Shown here one piece after another: positions 18,061 through 28,256 of a stretch of DNA of 64,000 nucleotides (within the stretch, counting starts at the first letter, position 1; every line of letters begins with the position of its first letter). The stretch is from the NCBI GenBank assembly GCA_004213175.1, contig SHAT01000001.1, positions 1,720 to 65,719 on the forward strand, read 5' to 3'. A program made the translations under genes and the position numbers. The stretch comes from Pseudomonadota bacterium. GTDB taxonomy: Bacteria; SAR324; NAC60-12. The notes below the pieces were generated by a model, which was not told the origin of the DNA, ran no database searches, and was given only the letters and a program-made list of their open reading frames with translations.

Positions 18061-21000
18061 ATGACCATAAGTTCCAGCAGATCCGGCCTTTCCCAACTTG
18101 AGAAACAACTGGAGTTACTGACTGCATTTAATCTACAGGTACCTTGTAACCCTCAAGGAGATTTTGCAAAAGCCGGATTTAAAAAATTACTGCAATCCCT
18201 CAAAACAACCAAAATCAGCGATTCCATTCGTGCTTCCTACAACGCAGAACATCTTAAAAAATGGAAAGAGTATGCTCAAAGTGAATTTAATGAAATGGGA
18301 CGAATAAACCGCTTAAGACTAGAAAGTTTGATGCTACTTTCAGATGAAGAAATGATTAAAACCATGTTTGAAGGTCTGCTCATTTTTGATATCAATCCTG
18401 AAGATTCACGGCAGTTGGAAGTACATGAAAAGACAGGTAAGTATAATGATGATGGAAAACCCGTAACACGCAATATCGCATTTGACGTTTTTAAAAAAGA
18501 TGCAATTCACGGAATAGAAGGAATCGAGAGATTCTTACCATCACCTGCAATCAAGGGTGAGGCAGGTATGGATGCTCATCTGGAGCATGAATTTTCTGGC
18601 ACAGACCTCGTCAGTCATTTTAAAAAAGATTCCGCAAAGATGATTAAAGCCCTCACAACCATTGGAAGTCTTGGCGGAATAGGACACAAGCCCGATTCAG
18701 ACATGGATGCGCAGGTAATTATAAATACAAACCCGGAATTTCAATTTAGCTGGAATGATGCGGATTTTCTGGTGGCATTGATTGCAAATGTTTTAGAGTC
18801 TTTTTATGATCAGTACTTTCGCTATTCTCTGACTGCAAAAGAACGTATCGAAATAAATAAAACTGCGATAGCTACTTTAAAAGAAAAATGCAGTGAAGGA
18901 ATCAGCGAAGAAGAATTGCGTGTGATTGACTCTATCTTTGCAAGCAGTTACCGCAGAGAATTGAGAAAATTAATTCAAGCACATGTGCAAAAGCGTCCTG
19001 CAGAAGAGCAAAGAAGATTTTTCCTAAAGGCAGTCATCACGACTTTAAACTCTTTTCCAGATTGTGAGGATTTGCTATCACCGCTTAATAATTTTTTCCC
19101 ATTCATAAAAAACACTGGTGGGGACCTTGAACGAAAAGGTTTCCCCTTTTCGTTCAAGCAATTTAAAAAAGAAAAAGTTCTAAAGTGGTTAATTCAGTAT
19201 TATCGTCATACTTTTCTCGATGATGCAGGTGCCCGTCAAGTTTTATGGCGCTATGCAGTCAGCAACAACATGACACCGGATTCCGTCCCTGAGGAAAAAC
19301 AAAACGCTTGTTTTTTGAACAGTTTGACTAATAACTCTCAGTTATCATTACTGCTGAAGGAGTTTTTTGAGTTCCTATCCAGCAAGGTGGCTTTTTCAAC
19401 ACGTAAAAATGTGGCAGAAGCAATAAAATCATTAAAAGAGCACTTCAGAGCAAACAATTTAGAACTTGATGGAAATCTGGAAGAACATATTTCCTCCATG
19501 TTTGAAATCAATTACAGTTCCAGAATCGTTGAGTTGATTGAAGTTTTTTCTGATGGACAAGCCAAAGACGTTGAAGCTCAAATTGAATATCCTTTACATC
19601 TCAAAATTCAGCAAGCAGAAGCTTATCTTACGAAAAAATATCCATCAACAGAAATACATTTTTTCACCAATATTCTACGAAAACAGCGCAACGGACAGCA
19701 TACCCCATTTTTAGTTTCTCCGGAAGGCAGTATGGCTTATGCACTGATGCTTAACGATTTCCTGCTAAATCCTGCTGCCATGATCTGCGGTATAACACCC
19801 ATGCCTTTTGACCTACCTAAGAATTTTAAGGTTCTTTCTTCAATTGGAGTTTTTCCGGATGAGGAGTGGACACTCAAGCAAAATCTTGATGCAGAATATA
19901 AAGTACCATCAAAAACTGCTAAACCGGAAAACGAAGAAGGACAGACAAAAAAGACGTCAGGAGAAAAGATACCTATTCTTGAAGAAGAAACAGAGTCATT
20001 TGTGCTTGGGAAATTACCGAACTGGGGTGAAATTATTATCCCGCGTGAAATGTTTCTGGGGCATGCACTGCCTATTTTTTTACGTGAAAGTGAGAAAATT
20101 AGTCACCGTAATCTTCCCAAAGCATTATTAAACTGCTGGTGGCTGGAAATGATTGTCTGCATTGACAAGGATGATGATCTACCTACAAGTCTGACACGAC
20201 TCTTATGGAATCCGGAAGGCAGAAAATTTATCAGCGAACAACATAAAGGTTCGTTGATTGACGCAATCATTAAAATGGAGGACGATTATCCTCCACTACC
20301 ACTTGATCCGTGGTGGTTGAAATTTACAGAGATGCTGGTACGTTTCGAAAGCTACGAACAGGATGAAGAGGAAGAACCGGATTATGAACTTACTACTCTT
20401 TCTGAAACTCAAAAGAATATTGTTTTTTGCTTTTCTCAGCACATGCGCATTACTGATATTATTAATTTCGGAGATGAAGGAAAAGCATTCTGGCAGGGTG
20501 AAGATGCAAACTGGCGCAGCAGAGCCTTAGTTGATTTTTACAATATTTTCTTTTCTGTTCCTGAGGACCGTCGTGAACTGATTCGCTTTGCTGAGGGACG
20601 TGACGATGCAGGAAACAAAGTGGAAAAAATGCTCAAGAAACTTTTTCTTGAATCGATGACACGAGTAGAGAAGAAACTCTGCAAAATAGGACACACACGT
20701 GCACTGCAACAAATAAGCAACCAACTGGCACGATTGTGCGAGAAAGGTTTTGAAAAAGAAAAAACAGCAAAATTCCTCAGCCCTTTGCTAGACCTTGTTA
20801 ATCAACGTGTTTCCATAGAAGACAGAAAAGTACTGATAAAACTTAAAAAGAAAATCCCGCTCAACAAAATTGAACAAATGCAGGCTAAGATTGTTTATGA
20901 AGAATTACAAAAACTAAAAAGCGTGCAGGGCAACATTGTTGATTATTTTGCTCAGTTTAGGTTAAAAATGGAAGAAAGTTGGGTCCGTAAAACAATCACA

Positions 21001-21924
21001 AACGCCAAAGTGAAAATAGCCGGAAATTCATTGGAAAATGTTATTTTTAAATTTCATTTTGAGCGTAATTTTGAAAGAAAACCTTTTCAGGTTCCTTTGC
21101 CGATTTCAAAGAGTCTGAGTATCCCTCGTTCCAAAATAAAAGTAGAATTTATCCGTAAAACAGCAAAATGGAAATTCAGTTCTGTTCTCAGCCACAGAGA
21201 AGCCGGAAGAGAAAAGAATGCAGAAAATGTGATGCCGATGTTTGAGTCAAATCTGGTAGAAGGTGTTGCGCGCTGCACTTTTAGCGGATATGTAGGTTTT
21301 GGTGGAAAGCATCTTTCAACCTTTGAAAAACCTGCATCACAAGTTCATAGTGACATTGCAATGAACGCCGTTTCAGGTGGTGCACTAGTTATAATAGCAA
21401 AAGAAATAATAAAATTTTTCAAGCCGTTCACAGTTTCATCTCGAGAGTTAATGTCAGACATACATTACGTACGTGACATTCTAATGATCTGTAATGTCAA
21501 TAAGAATGATACTCTTTCGCTAATTGTGCGAGATAATCTGGGTGAGCAATTTGTGATCAACTTTGATATTCAAAAAATTGACGTAAAGAAAGTTCCTCCA
21601 AAATTAAGAATAGGCGGCGACTCTGTCGTTGCAGAATTCTTTATGAGACTCAACAGCCAGCAGTGCCGACTTTTATTCATGAAAAATTTGTCAGCCTTAA
21701 AAATTCCTCTACGTACTTCATTTCAACCTCGTCTGCATATTTGGGTCAATGGAGCAAATTACAACCTACCAGTAACACCAAAATTTCAGCAGAATTACCT
21801 TAACGGAATTGCAAATACTCTCTGGCCTCATAACTCGATTGGAACACGTGAGCATTTAAAACCTGTTAATTTAAGCAGGACATTTGATGAAATTGGCAAA
21901 GAATCTATGCACGGGACTGAATAA
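18061..21924 (+). CDS. Class I (CyaA-type) adenylate cyclase homologue with large N- and C-terminal extensions
   Basis: 1287 aa. Around residue 205 there is a Pol-beta-type NTase motif, TTIGSLGGIGHKPDSDMDAQVII (E. coli CyaA has GSTSSVGQSCSSDLDIWV). Also VLESFYDQYFRYSLTAK (E. coli LLDEFYRTAVRLAGK), FFLKAVITTLNSFP, and VFCFSQHMR (E. coli VFCYSQHLR). The E. coli strings are recalled from memory, not retrieved. Confidence 0.6.
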   Translation: MTISSSRSGLSQLEKQLELLTAFNLQVPCNPQGDFAKAGFKKLLQSLKTTKISDSIRASYNAEHLKKWKEYAQSEFNEMGRINRLRLESLMLLSDEEMIKTMFEGLLIFDINPEDSRQLEVHEKTGKYNDDGKPVTRNIAFDVFKKDAIHGIEGIERFLPSPAIKGEAGMDAHLEHEFSGTDLVSHFKKDSAKMIKALTTIGSLGGIGHKPDSDMDAQVIINTNPEFQFSWNDADFLVALIANVLESFYDQYFRYSLTAKERIEINKTAIATLKEKCSEGISEEELRVIDSIFASSYRRELRKLIQAHVQKRPAEEQRRFFLKAVITTLNSFPDCEDLLSPLNNFFPFIKNTGGDLERKGFPFSFKQFKKEKVLKWLIQYYRHTFLDDAGARQVLWRYAVSNNMTPDSVPEEKQNACFLNSLTNNSQLSLLLKEFFEFLSSKVAFSTRKNVAEAIKSLKEHFRANNLELDGNLEEHISSMFEINYSSRIVELIEVFSDGQAKDVEAQIEYPLHLKIQQAEAYLTKKYPSTEIHFFTNILRKQRNGQHTPFLVSPEGSMAYALMLNDFLLNPAAMICGITPMPFDLPKNFKVLSSIGVFPDEEWTLKQNLDAEYKVPSKTAKPENEEGQTKKTSGEKIPILEEETESFVLGKLPNWGEIIIPREMFLGHALPIFLRESEKISHRNLPKALLNCWWLEMIVCIDKDDDLPTSLTRLLWNPEGRKFISEQHKGSLIDAIIKMEDDYPPLPLDPWWLKFTEMLVRFESYEQDEEEEPDYELTTLSETQKNIVFCFSQHMRITDIINFGDEGKAFWQGEDANWRSRALVDFYNIFFSVPEDRRELIRFAEGRDDAGNKVEKMLKKLFLESMTRVEKKLCKIGHTRALQQISNQLARLCEKGFEKEKTAKFLSPLLDLVNQRVSIEDRKVLIKLKKKIPLNKIEQMQAKIVYEELQKLKSVQGNIVDYFAQFRLKMEESWVRKTITNAKVKIAGNSLENVIFKFHFERNFERKPFQVPLPISKSLSIPRSKIKVEFIRKTAKWKFSSVLSHREAGREKNAENVMPMFESNLVEGVARCTFSGYVGFGGKHLSTFEKPASQVHSDIAMNAVSGGALVIIAKEIIKFFKPFTVSSRELMSDIHYVRDILMICNVNKNDTLSLIVRDNLGEQFVINFDIQKIDVKKVPPKLRIGGDSVVAEFFMRLNSQQCRLLFMKNLSALKIPLRTSFQPRLHIWVNGANYNLPVTPKFQQNYLNGIANTLWPHNSIGTREHLKPVNLSRTFDEIGKESMHGTE

Positions 21925-22052
21925 CAGATTTAAAATAGGAAATTTTATATGTTTATAAAAAACATTTCCTATTTATCTACCTTGTCCGTATAATAAATCT
22001 GACAGCAGCACTGGTCAGCACTTTATTTATGAACAAGCTACTGAGCTAGAAA

Positions 22053-23303
22053 ATGGCAGACAAAGAACCAAAAGAAAATCAAAAAACTCCGAATGTTAAT
22101 TTCATCAGTTTTCAAAAGCAGCTGCGTGGAATAGTTAAAGACGTTAAAGAGCATAATAAAAAAACAGGGCTAAAAAAAATTTTTGGTAGCAAAACTGAAA
22201 ATTTGCATGTCAACGGAAGTATTTTGCAAAAAGATATTCCAGACAATAAAGAAATTTCAAAGTATGTTAAACAGTTAGATAAAGAACCAAACAATGTCGA
22301 ATCACGTTTAATGTTGGTAAATACCGTATTGAATGCCAGAAAAGATCATTCATTGAGTACCCATCTGAACTTGATGCTGCAAGCTGCATTACCAGTTTAT
22401 CTAGGTGACATCACCCCAACAATTATACAGATTGTTGTGCATACCTACCGTTCTTATTTAGAATGCCTCGGCAATATTCACAAACAAAACATGATGGCCA
22501 TTAAATCAACTGCTCTGAAAAATGTGAATATGAAGGGGATTGATGTCAATGATGAAAAGACTGAAGATACCCATGTGAAAGACTCAGAGTCGATAAAAAC
22601 TGAAATTAAAATTGCAGAATCACTGATTGAAAATTGTGATTCTGTGATTCAAAGTGTAAAAACAAAAATGACTGCCACCCTTTCACATGAAGAAATTGAA
22701 GAGCTTACCGCTGAAGGTAAAGCATCCAGTTCTATGTTTGGCGGCAGCGAAGAAAAAGTGAATCCGAACAAACAAAATCTGATTATTGGTAAAGCCGTAC
22801 AGGCAATTGAAATATTGAAACAAATCCCATTGCTACAGGGTGCAGGGCTAGATCTGGCAAAACAACTAGGTCGCATTGACTCAAAGCTAACTTATCCACT
22901 AGTGATGGAGGGGCGTATTCAAATGCAGGCATTAAAATATCAATTGCTGAGGATAGAAAGTGGTGATCGTATTGCACGGGATAACATGGCTCCTGTATAC
23001 AATCTTGCATTAGTGGCTTACCGAAAAGCTTTGAAACTTACTTCAAAATCTACTCCTAAAAAAGCAGACCTACCAGTATTGACAGAGTTCGGAAATATGA
23101 CTCATTATGGTTATATACACCGTGATCTAATGCGCTTTACCGAAGAAGGTGTAAAAACTTTGGTCAAGCTAGGGAAAGATTCTGTTGATGCAGCAGTAAC
23201 CGTAGATGAAAGTTTTGTCCCACTACAAAAACGTCTAGAGAGTTCAATGACTCAGCTCTTCCAAAATGAGACACAAGCAAATAGTAAAGTCAGATTCAAC
23301 TGA
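22053..23303 (+). CDS. Hypothetical protein, 416 aa, predicted mostly helical, no recognisable motif
   Basis: Long ORF in clean coding context 128 bp downstream of the cyclase-like gene, same strand. Lys/Glu-rich. Confidence 0.5.
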   Translation: MADKEPKENQKTPNVNFISFQKQLRGIVKDVKEHNKKTGLKKIFGSKTENLHVNGSILQKDIPDNKEISKYVKQLDKEPNNVESRLMLVNTVLNARKDHSLSTHLNLMLQAALPVYLGDITPTIIQIVVHTYRSYLECLGNIHKQNMMAIKSTALKNVNMKGIDVNDEKTEDTHVKDSESIKTEIKIAESLIENCDSVIQSVKTKMTATLSHEEIEELTAEGKASSSMFGGSEEKVNPNKQNLIIGKAVQAIEILKQIPLLQGAGLDLAKQLGRIDSKLTYPLVMEGRIQMQALKYQLLRIESGDRIARDNMAPVYNLALVAYRKALKLTSKSTPKKADLPVLTEFGNMTHYGYIHRDLMRFTEEGVKTLVKLGKDSVDAAVTVDESFVPLQKRLESSMTQLFQNETQANSKVRFN

Positions 23304-23321
23304 TTCAGAATAGTAGTTCCT

Positions 23322-24338
23322 GTGGAAAATCTTCTGCAAAAACTCCATAAAAATTGGGAACATATTCAACTGGCTGCCGCAATAGAAAAGAAAAATAACA
23401 TAAAAAAACAAAAAAAACCTCTTACCGTATTGGTCAGCGTAAGTGGTGGCTGTGACTCGGTTGCTCTCCTCCATTTGCTCCAGCGTCAAAGAAATCTTTT
23501 TGATCTGGAACCGCATATTTTACATTTCAATCATCAATTGCGACCAGAATCAGCCCAAGAGCAAGATTTTGTAAAATCAATTGCCGAACATTATGAAATC
23601 CCTTTTCATCATAAAACAGCAAAACACCTTAAATCAGGACAATCCGCCCTACAGGAATCAGCCCGTGAATGGCGGATTGAAGAGTCCCGTAATCTACTAA
23701 ATTTTCTCGGAGGTGGGTTTATTGCTACAGGACATCAGGCTGATGACCAGATAGAAACCTTATTACTTAAATGGCTACGTGGAACGCATATTTCAAATAT
23801 GCAGGGCATGCAATGGACAAACGAAGATTTCATCCGTCCTCTGCTCAACTTTAAGAAGAGCGAGTTGAAAGAATATTTAAAAACTAATAAGTTGACATGG
23901 ATGGAAGATACTTCAAACCAAAGCTCAGCATACTTACGTAATCGTGTACGCATTGAACTGATACCACTTTTGGAAGAATTAACCCGACATGGTCTGCATT
24001 CACGGATTAATGATTTAAGTGAACAAAGCAAAATTCTACGCAAATTTTTGGACTCAAATTATGATACTTGGGAAAAAAGCCATAAAAAGCAAGCTAGTAA
24101 CACTCAGGATGTTCTCCACATAAAAGTGTTAGAGCAGGCTGACGATTTGATTGTACATGAAATTTTACATAATTTCATTACAGCACATACTGGGCTAGTA
24201 TTGAGTTTTCGAAAACTCCAAAACATTTTTGACCAATTAAGGAAAGACAGCAATCTATGGGAAATGAATCTTTCTCAGGAATGGATAATCAAGAAGTCCG
24301 GGAAAAAACTTTGCTTGCAACAAAATAAAGAAAAGTAA
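23322..24338 (+). CDS. tilS: tRNA(Ile)-lysidine synthetase
   Basis: 338 aa with PP-loop (VLVSVSGGCDSVALL), N-type ATP pyrophosphatase family. Confidence 0.8.
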   Translation: MENLLQKLHKNWEHIQLAAAIEKKNNIKKQKKPLTVLVSVSGGCDSVALLHLLQRQRNLFDLEPHILHFNHQLRPESAQEQDFVKSIAEHYEIPFHHKTAKHLKSGQSALQESAREWRIEESRNLLNFLGGGFIATGHQADDQIETLLLKWLRGTHISNMQGMQWTNEDFIRPLLNFKKSELKEYLKTNKLTWMEDTSNQSSAYLRNRVRIELIPLLEELTRHGLHSRINDLSEQSKILRKFLDSNYDTWEKSHKKQASNTQDVLHIKVLEQADDLIVHEILHNFITAHTGLVLSFRKLQNIFDQLRKDSNLWEMNLSQEWIIKKSGKKLCLQQNKEK

Positions 24339-24411
24339 TTTTTTTTCTATTGAAATAATTTAAGACAACAATGTTTTTGATAAATTTTTAACGTTAAACT
24401 AGGGACCTATA

Positions 24412-25302
24412 ATGAGAATTGGCATCGATATGGGTGGAACAAAAATTGAGGGAATCGCACTTGCTGATTCAGGAGAAGAATTGCTTCGCATACGGGTTAA
24501 GACTCCACGGCATGACTACGAAGCAACTATTGAGGCAATTGCGGGAATTGTCCGCAGTATTGAAACAGAAACAAAACAAAAAGCTACAGTAGGTGTTGGT
24601 ATCCCCGGTACAATCTCACCTCAGACAGGACTTGTAAAAAATGCGAATTCTACCTGGATTATAGGGAGGCAGTTCGACGTTGATTTAAGCAACGCAATGC
24701 AGCGGGAAATTCGGATCGCAAATGACGCAAACTGCCTTGCCGTTTCCGAAGCAGTAGATGGTGCGGGAGCGGGCTCCAAAGTGGTATTTGCCATCATTAT
24801 CGGAACAGGGTGCGGAGGTGGCGTAGCCATCGATCAGAAAGTACATGTAGGGCTCCATTCAATTGCAGGTGAATGGGGGCATATTTCTTTGGGATGGATG
24901 AGTCAGGAAGAATTTCCTGGTGTAGATTGTTATTGCGGGCAAAGAGGCTGTCTTGAAACATTTATTTCAGGGACAGGTTTTGAAAATGAATATGAGAAAC
25001 AAACGGGGGTTCAAAAAAGTGGCCGAGAAATCGCAGAGCTACTGGAGCAGGATGATGCGGACGCAGAAAAAGTCATGCAAATTTATGAAAACCGACTCGC
25101 TCGGGCCATTGCTACTGCGGTAAACATCATCGATCCGGATGTCCTGGTTCTTGGTGGAGGTATGTCAAATCTTTCACGGATTTACAAAAACGTTCCGGAA
25201 TTAGTTCAAAAATGGATTTTTGGAGGGGAATTCACAACTCCTATTAGACCGGCAAAACACGGAGATTCCAGCGGTGTACGCGGCGCAGCCTGGCTTTGGT
25301 GA
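24412..25302 (+). CDS. ROK-family sugar kinase (fructokinase / N-acetylglucosamine kinase-like)
   Basis: 296 aa. [15 protein letters not shown]-terminus. ROK zinc motif ([15 protein letters not shown]). Confidence 0.75.
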   Translation: MRIGIDMGGTKIEGIALADSGEELLRIRVKTPRHDYEATIEAIAGIVRSIETETKQKATVGVGIPGTISPQTGLVKNANSTWIIGRQFDVDLSNAMQREIRIANDANCLAVSEAVDGAGAGSKVVFAIIIGTGCGGGVAIDQKVHVGLHSIAGEWGHISLGWMSQEEFPGVDCYCGQRGCLETFISGTGFENEYEKQTGVQKSGREIAELLEQDDADAEKVMQIYENRLARAIATAVNIIDPDVLVLGGGMSNLSRIYKNVPELVQKWIFGGEFTTPIRPAKHGDSSGVRGAAWLW

Positions 25303-26076
25303 TTATATTGCGCGGGATTTTTCAACTAAATACGTAAAACCGACTACTTCATAAGTCAGAGCTAACGGCAGAAATACCCAGCCTACAAAAGGTAAAAAGG
25401 TCAGAATTGCAGGCAACCAGCCAATACGAATCGGCACCAAGCGCCAGCTCTTCTTGAGCTCAACAGCTTCTTCCGGATTTGTCAAAATATCCAGATAAAT
25501 AACAACGCTCTGCCGTCCTAGCAGGTGAGCTTCCATTAGAAAGACTAGGGGCAGCCCAACAATCGGGATCAAGCCGAAAAAGAGCAGCAACAAAGGAAAA
25601 AAGCAGGCTTTCAGGGCTTCTTTCAAAATATATTTCAATTCTGCAAACCAAGCTTTCAGACTAAACGCAGTTTCTTCAATTTGCCTAAAATCTTTAATAA
25701 CCATACTTACAATGCTTTGATGCCAAAAACTCATTAGTTCTACTGAAAAACGAAGTGCTGCCAGAGAAATCACAGCCGCAACTGTAAGTTGAATACTCCA
25801 CAAAATAACTGTCCCAGTTGAAGCCCAAAAGCCATCACCTTCACCAAATATCAAGTTGATAAATGGATATAGTAGCTGATAATAAAACAGACCATTCAGG
25901 ATTAGTGTGGCTGCAAAAAAAATAAGATAGTTTAAAAACAAACCTCTTAAAACTAATCCACGCAGGCCTTCAATCCTAGCAAAAGCCTGATACCCTGCAC
26001 GAAATACTGCCAGCGCATCGGTTTTCTGAAGTTTTACTTTAGTTTGTGTTTCAGTGTCTTTCACAAATTGTCTCAT
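25303..26076 (-). CDS. Polytopic membrane protein, EI24/CysZ-like (DUF540-like)
   Basis: 257 aa with several hydrophobic helices and a pattern resembling the CysZ/EI24 family. Weak. Confidence 0.4.
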   Translation of the reverse strand: MRQFVKDTETQTKVKLQKTDALAVFRAGYQAFARIEGLRGLVLRGLFLNYLIFFAATLILNGLFYYQLLYPFINLIFGEGDGFWASTGTVILWSIQLTVAAVISLAALRFSVELMSFWHQSIVSMVIKDFRQIEETAFSLKAWFAELKYILKEALKACFFPLLLLFFGLIPIVGLPLVFLMEAHLLGRQSVVIYLDILTNPEEAVELKKSWRLVPIRIGWLPAILTFLPFVGWVFLPLALTYEVVGFTYLVEKSRAI

Positions 26077-26480
26077 TTAGCAACAGTATATTTAAATTTA
26101 ACCTGGTTAAATAAACCCTGAAAGATTTTGAAATAGTTTGATAGTACTTAAAAGTCTTTAACTGCTCAACTTAAAATTCACTCCTTAAGATGATTGTGCA
26201 AATATAAGCATTTAATTTTTTCATTAATCGTTTATCTATAATACTCCATGGAAATCAAATTTTTCTGTTTCAATTTTTTATGTAACTATTATCTTTAAGT
26301 TTTTTAAAATGTAATTGCTGCAAAAAAAAGCACTTTAATTGCATAATTCAGTTAAAGATGACTCTGAAAACCGCACCATGAGATGAGACGAATGAGATTC
26401 GAAAGGATTTTCAGAATTTATTCTGGTTTTGACTATGCTCAACCTACGGATTCCGAAAGATTTAGTTACTTCATTATTAC

Positions 26481-27125
26481 TTGAAAATTAATTTTTTAGA
26501 TGTTCTCTTAAATGAATATAATGAGAATATTATCCCATTACACAAAGTGCCGGCTTTACATAAAATAACAGTTCTTATAGCATTTTTCATGATTAGCGCA
26601 TTTCACGCGGACGCAGAAGAATTTTGGCGTATCCGCTATTCAGTTCCTACTTCAGGTGAAAGTGAAATCAAACGTGGTTCAAGCATAGCCTCTGAAAAAC
26701 TTAATACTTCGGGACACAGTGGAAATATGGTTTTTCCCAATGGAATCGGCTTCGGTTACAGTACAGTGCACACAGACGGAAGTCTGAGTGAAATTGAGTA
26801 TAAATTTAAGAATCACAGCCTTGATCTGACTTATACAATTGGAAATGAACTAAGCTTAACTCTGGGTGCAGGTCGGTTGGTATATGGTCGGGGGGAACAG
26901 AGCATTAGCGGAACCAGCTATGTAACAGAAAGTAGCAGCGGTGAGGCCTTGTTTATGAACTTTGGCATACCTTTTTTTGGAGGAGAGTTATTTTTGGGGT
27001 ACCGCCAAAATAATATCGAATATAAAAATTTCCAAAGCAGGATTTCAGGACAGCCAGTAATACTTGAGGATTCAATAAAATTACTCTCAAGTCAGGTCAA
27101 TACAGGTTTTGGATTCCTATTTTGA
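26481..27125 (+). CDS. Putative outer-membrane beta-barrel protein
   Basis: Signal peptide ...ITVLIAFFMISAFHA then alternating beta-strand pattern. C-terminal GFGFLF with terminal Phe. The table ORF starts at a TTG; the GTG at 26547 is a more plausible start. Confidence 0.4.
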   Translation: MKINFLDVLLNEYNENIIPLHKVPALHKITVLIAFFMISAFHADAEEFWRIRYSVPTSGESEIKRGSSIASEKLNTSGHSGNMVFPNGIGFGYSTVHTDGSLSEIEYKFKNHSLDLTYTIGNELSLTLGAGRLVYGRGEQSISGTSYVTESSSGEALFMNFGIPFFGGELFLGYRQNNIEYKNFQSRISGQPVILEDSIKLLSSQVNTGFGFLF

Positions 27126-27298
27126 AAATTCTTTCTTCTGTAAAGCAAGCACTTTTCAGCAAAGAGTTCCGTAAAATGAATATAACGTACAACTTTCAGA
27201 TTAGATTATAAAGGGTTGTTAGTATTCGATGCAGAAAGAAAAAAGCCTGAAAAGATCTCACATCACTCATTTGCGGAACAATTTTTTTTAAAACACAT

Positions 27299-27745
27299 AT
27301 GACTGATGTTAATAAGCAACTCATGCTGATGGCCATGCAGCTTGGAGAAAAGGCACGACATAAAACCGGAGACAATCCCTGGGTCGGTTGTGTAATTGTT
27401 AATGACGGGCAGGTACTTGGTGAAGGTTGTACAAATGCTGTTGGAGGGCCACACGCTGAAGTGGAAGCGATTCAACATGCGGAAGCTCAAGGGCATTCTC
27501 TGGCCGGTTCAACACTTTACTGTACGGTAGAACCATGTTCTTTCCAAGGTAGAACACCTTCGTGTGCCAAAACTATCGTAGAAAAAAATATTTCACATGT
27601 CGTAATTGCAATTAGAGATCCGCATCCTAAAGTGAATGGTGAAGGAATACGGATTCTCAAAGCAGGAGGAATCAGTGTAACAGAAGGAATCGAAGAGGTA
27701 GCAGTCCGCCGCTCGCTCGAAACCTGGTTGAAAGTATACGAATGA
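27299..27745 (+). CDS. ribD: RibD-type pyrimidine deaminase (CMP/dCMP deaminase fold), deaminase domain only
   Basis: 148 aa. Zinc-binding HAEVEAI and TLYCTVEPCSFQGRTPSC. No reductase domain is fused. Confidence 0.65.
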   Translation: MTDVNKQLMLMAMQLGEKARHKTGDNPWVGCVIVNDGQVLGEGCTNAVGGPHAEVEAIQHAEAQGHSLAGSTLYCTVEPCSFQGRTPSCAKTIVEKNISHVVIAIRDPHPKVNGEGIRILKAGGISVTEGIEEVAVRRSLETWLKVYE

Positions 27746-28182
27746 GCATAATCCGAGAATATCCTGAACGGCCTTTTGTTGGAGTAGGTGTAGTAGTTTT
27801 ACGCGGAGATGAGGTGTTGCTCGTTCAGCGAGTTAAAGCTCCTTATAAAGGTCAATGGAGCATCCCCGGAGGGAAACAGCGACTTGGCGAAACAGTTATG
27901 CAGGCTGTTCACAGGGAATTGCTGGAAGAGACCGGTGTCAAAATTGAACAACCTACTTTACTTGATGTAGTGGATGTTATTGTACCGGATGATAATGGAA
28001 ATATACAGTACCACTACACACTGGTAGATTATAAGGCAGAATGGCTTTCAGGGGAGTGCTGTTCCGGAGATGACGCGGATGATATAAAATGGGTCACCTT
28101 TGATGAACTAAGCTCACTTAAATTGCTTGAAATAACTAAAGAAATTATCTCCAAAGCATTCAGCAACTCTACAATGAAATAA
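27742..28182 (+). CDS. NUDIX hydrolase
   Basis: Nudix box GGKQRLGETVMQAVHRELLEETGV. 146 aa. 4-bp overlap with the preceding gene. Confidence 0.8.
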   Translation: MSIIREYPERPFVGVGVVVLRGDEVLLVQRVKAPYKGQWSIPGGKQRLGETVMQAVHRELLEETGVKIEQPTLLDVVDVIVPDDNGNIQYHYTLVDYKAEWLSGECCSGDDADDIKWVTFDELSSLKLLEITKEIISKAFSNSTMK

Positions 28183-28256
28183 GTTTTCAGTAAAAACAAA
28201 ATTCACTAGTTTGGGAATTTCAGTTTAGAAATTCGTTCAATTGTCCAGCCGTATTA

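Noticed and set aside
18061-21924. Interpretation of the 1287-aa protein as a CBASS CD-NTase or other defence NTase
   Set aside because: The G-S...D-x-D motif alone is generic to Pol-beta NTases. Several additional short blocks match CyaA specifically. There is no adjacent effector, E1/E2/JAB or phospholipase gene. This is kept as an alternative to test, not as the call.
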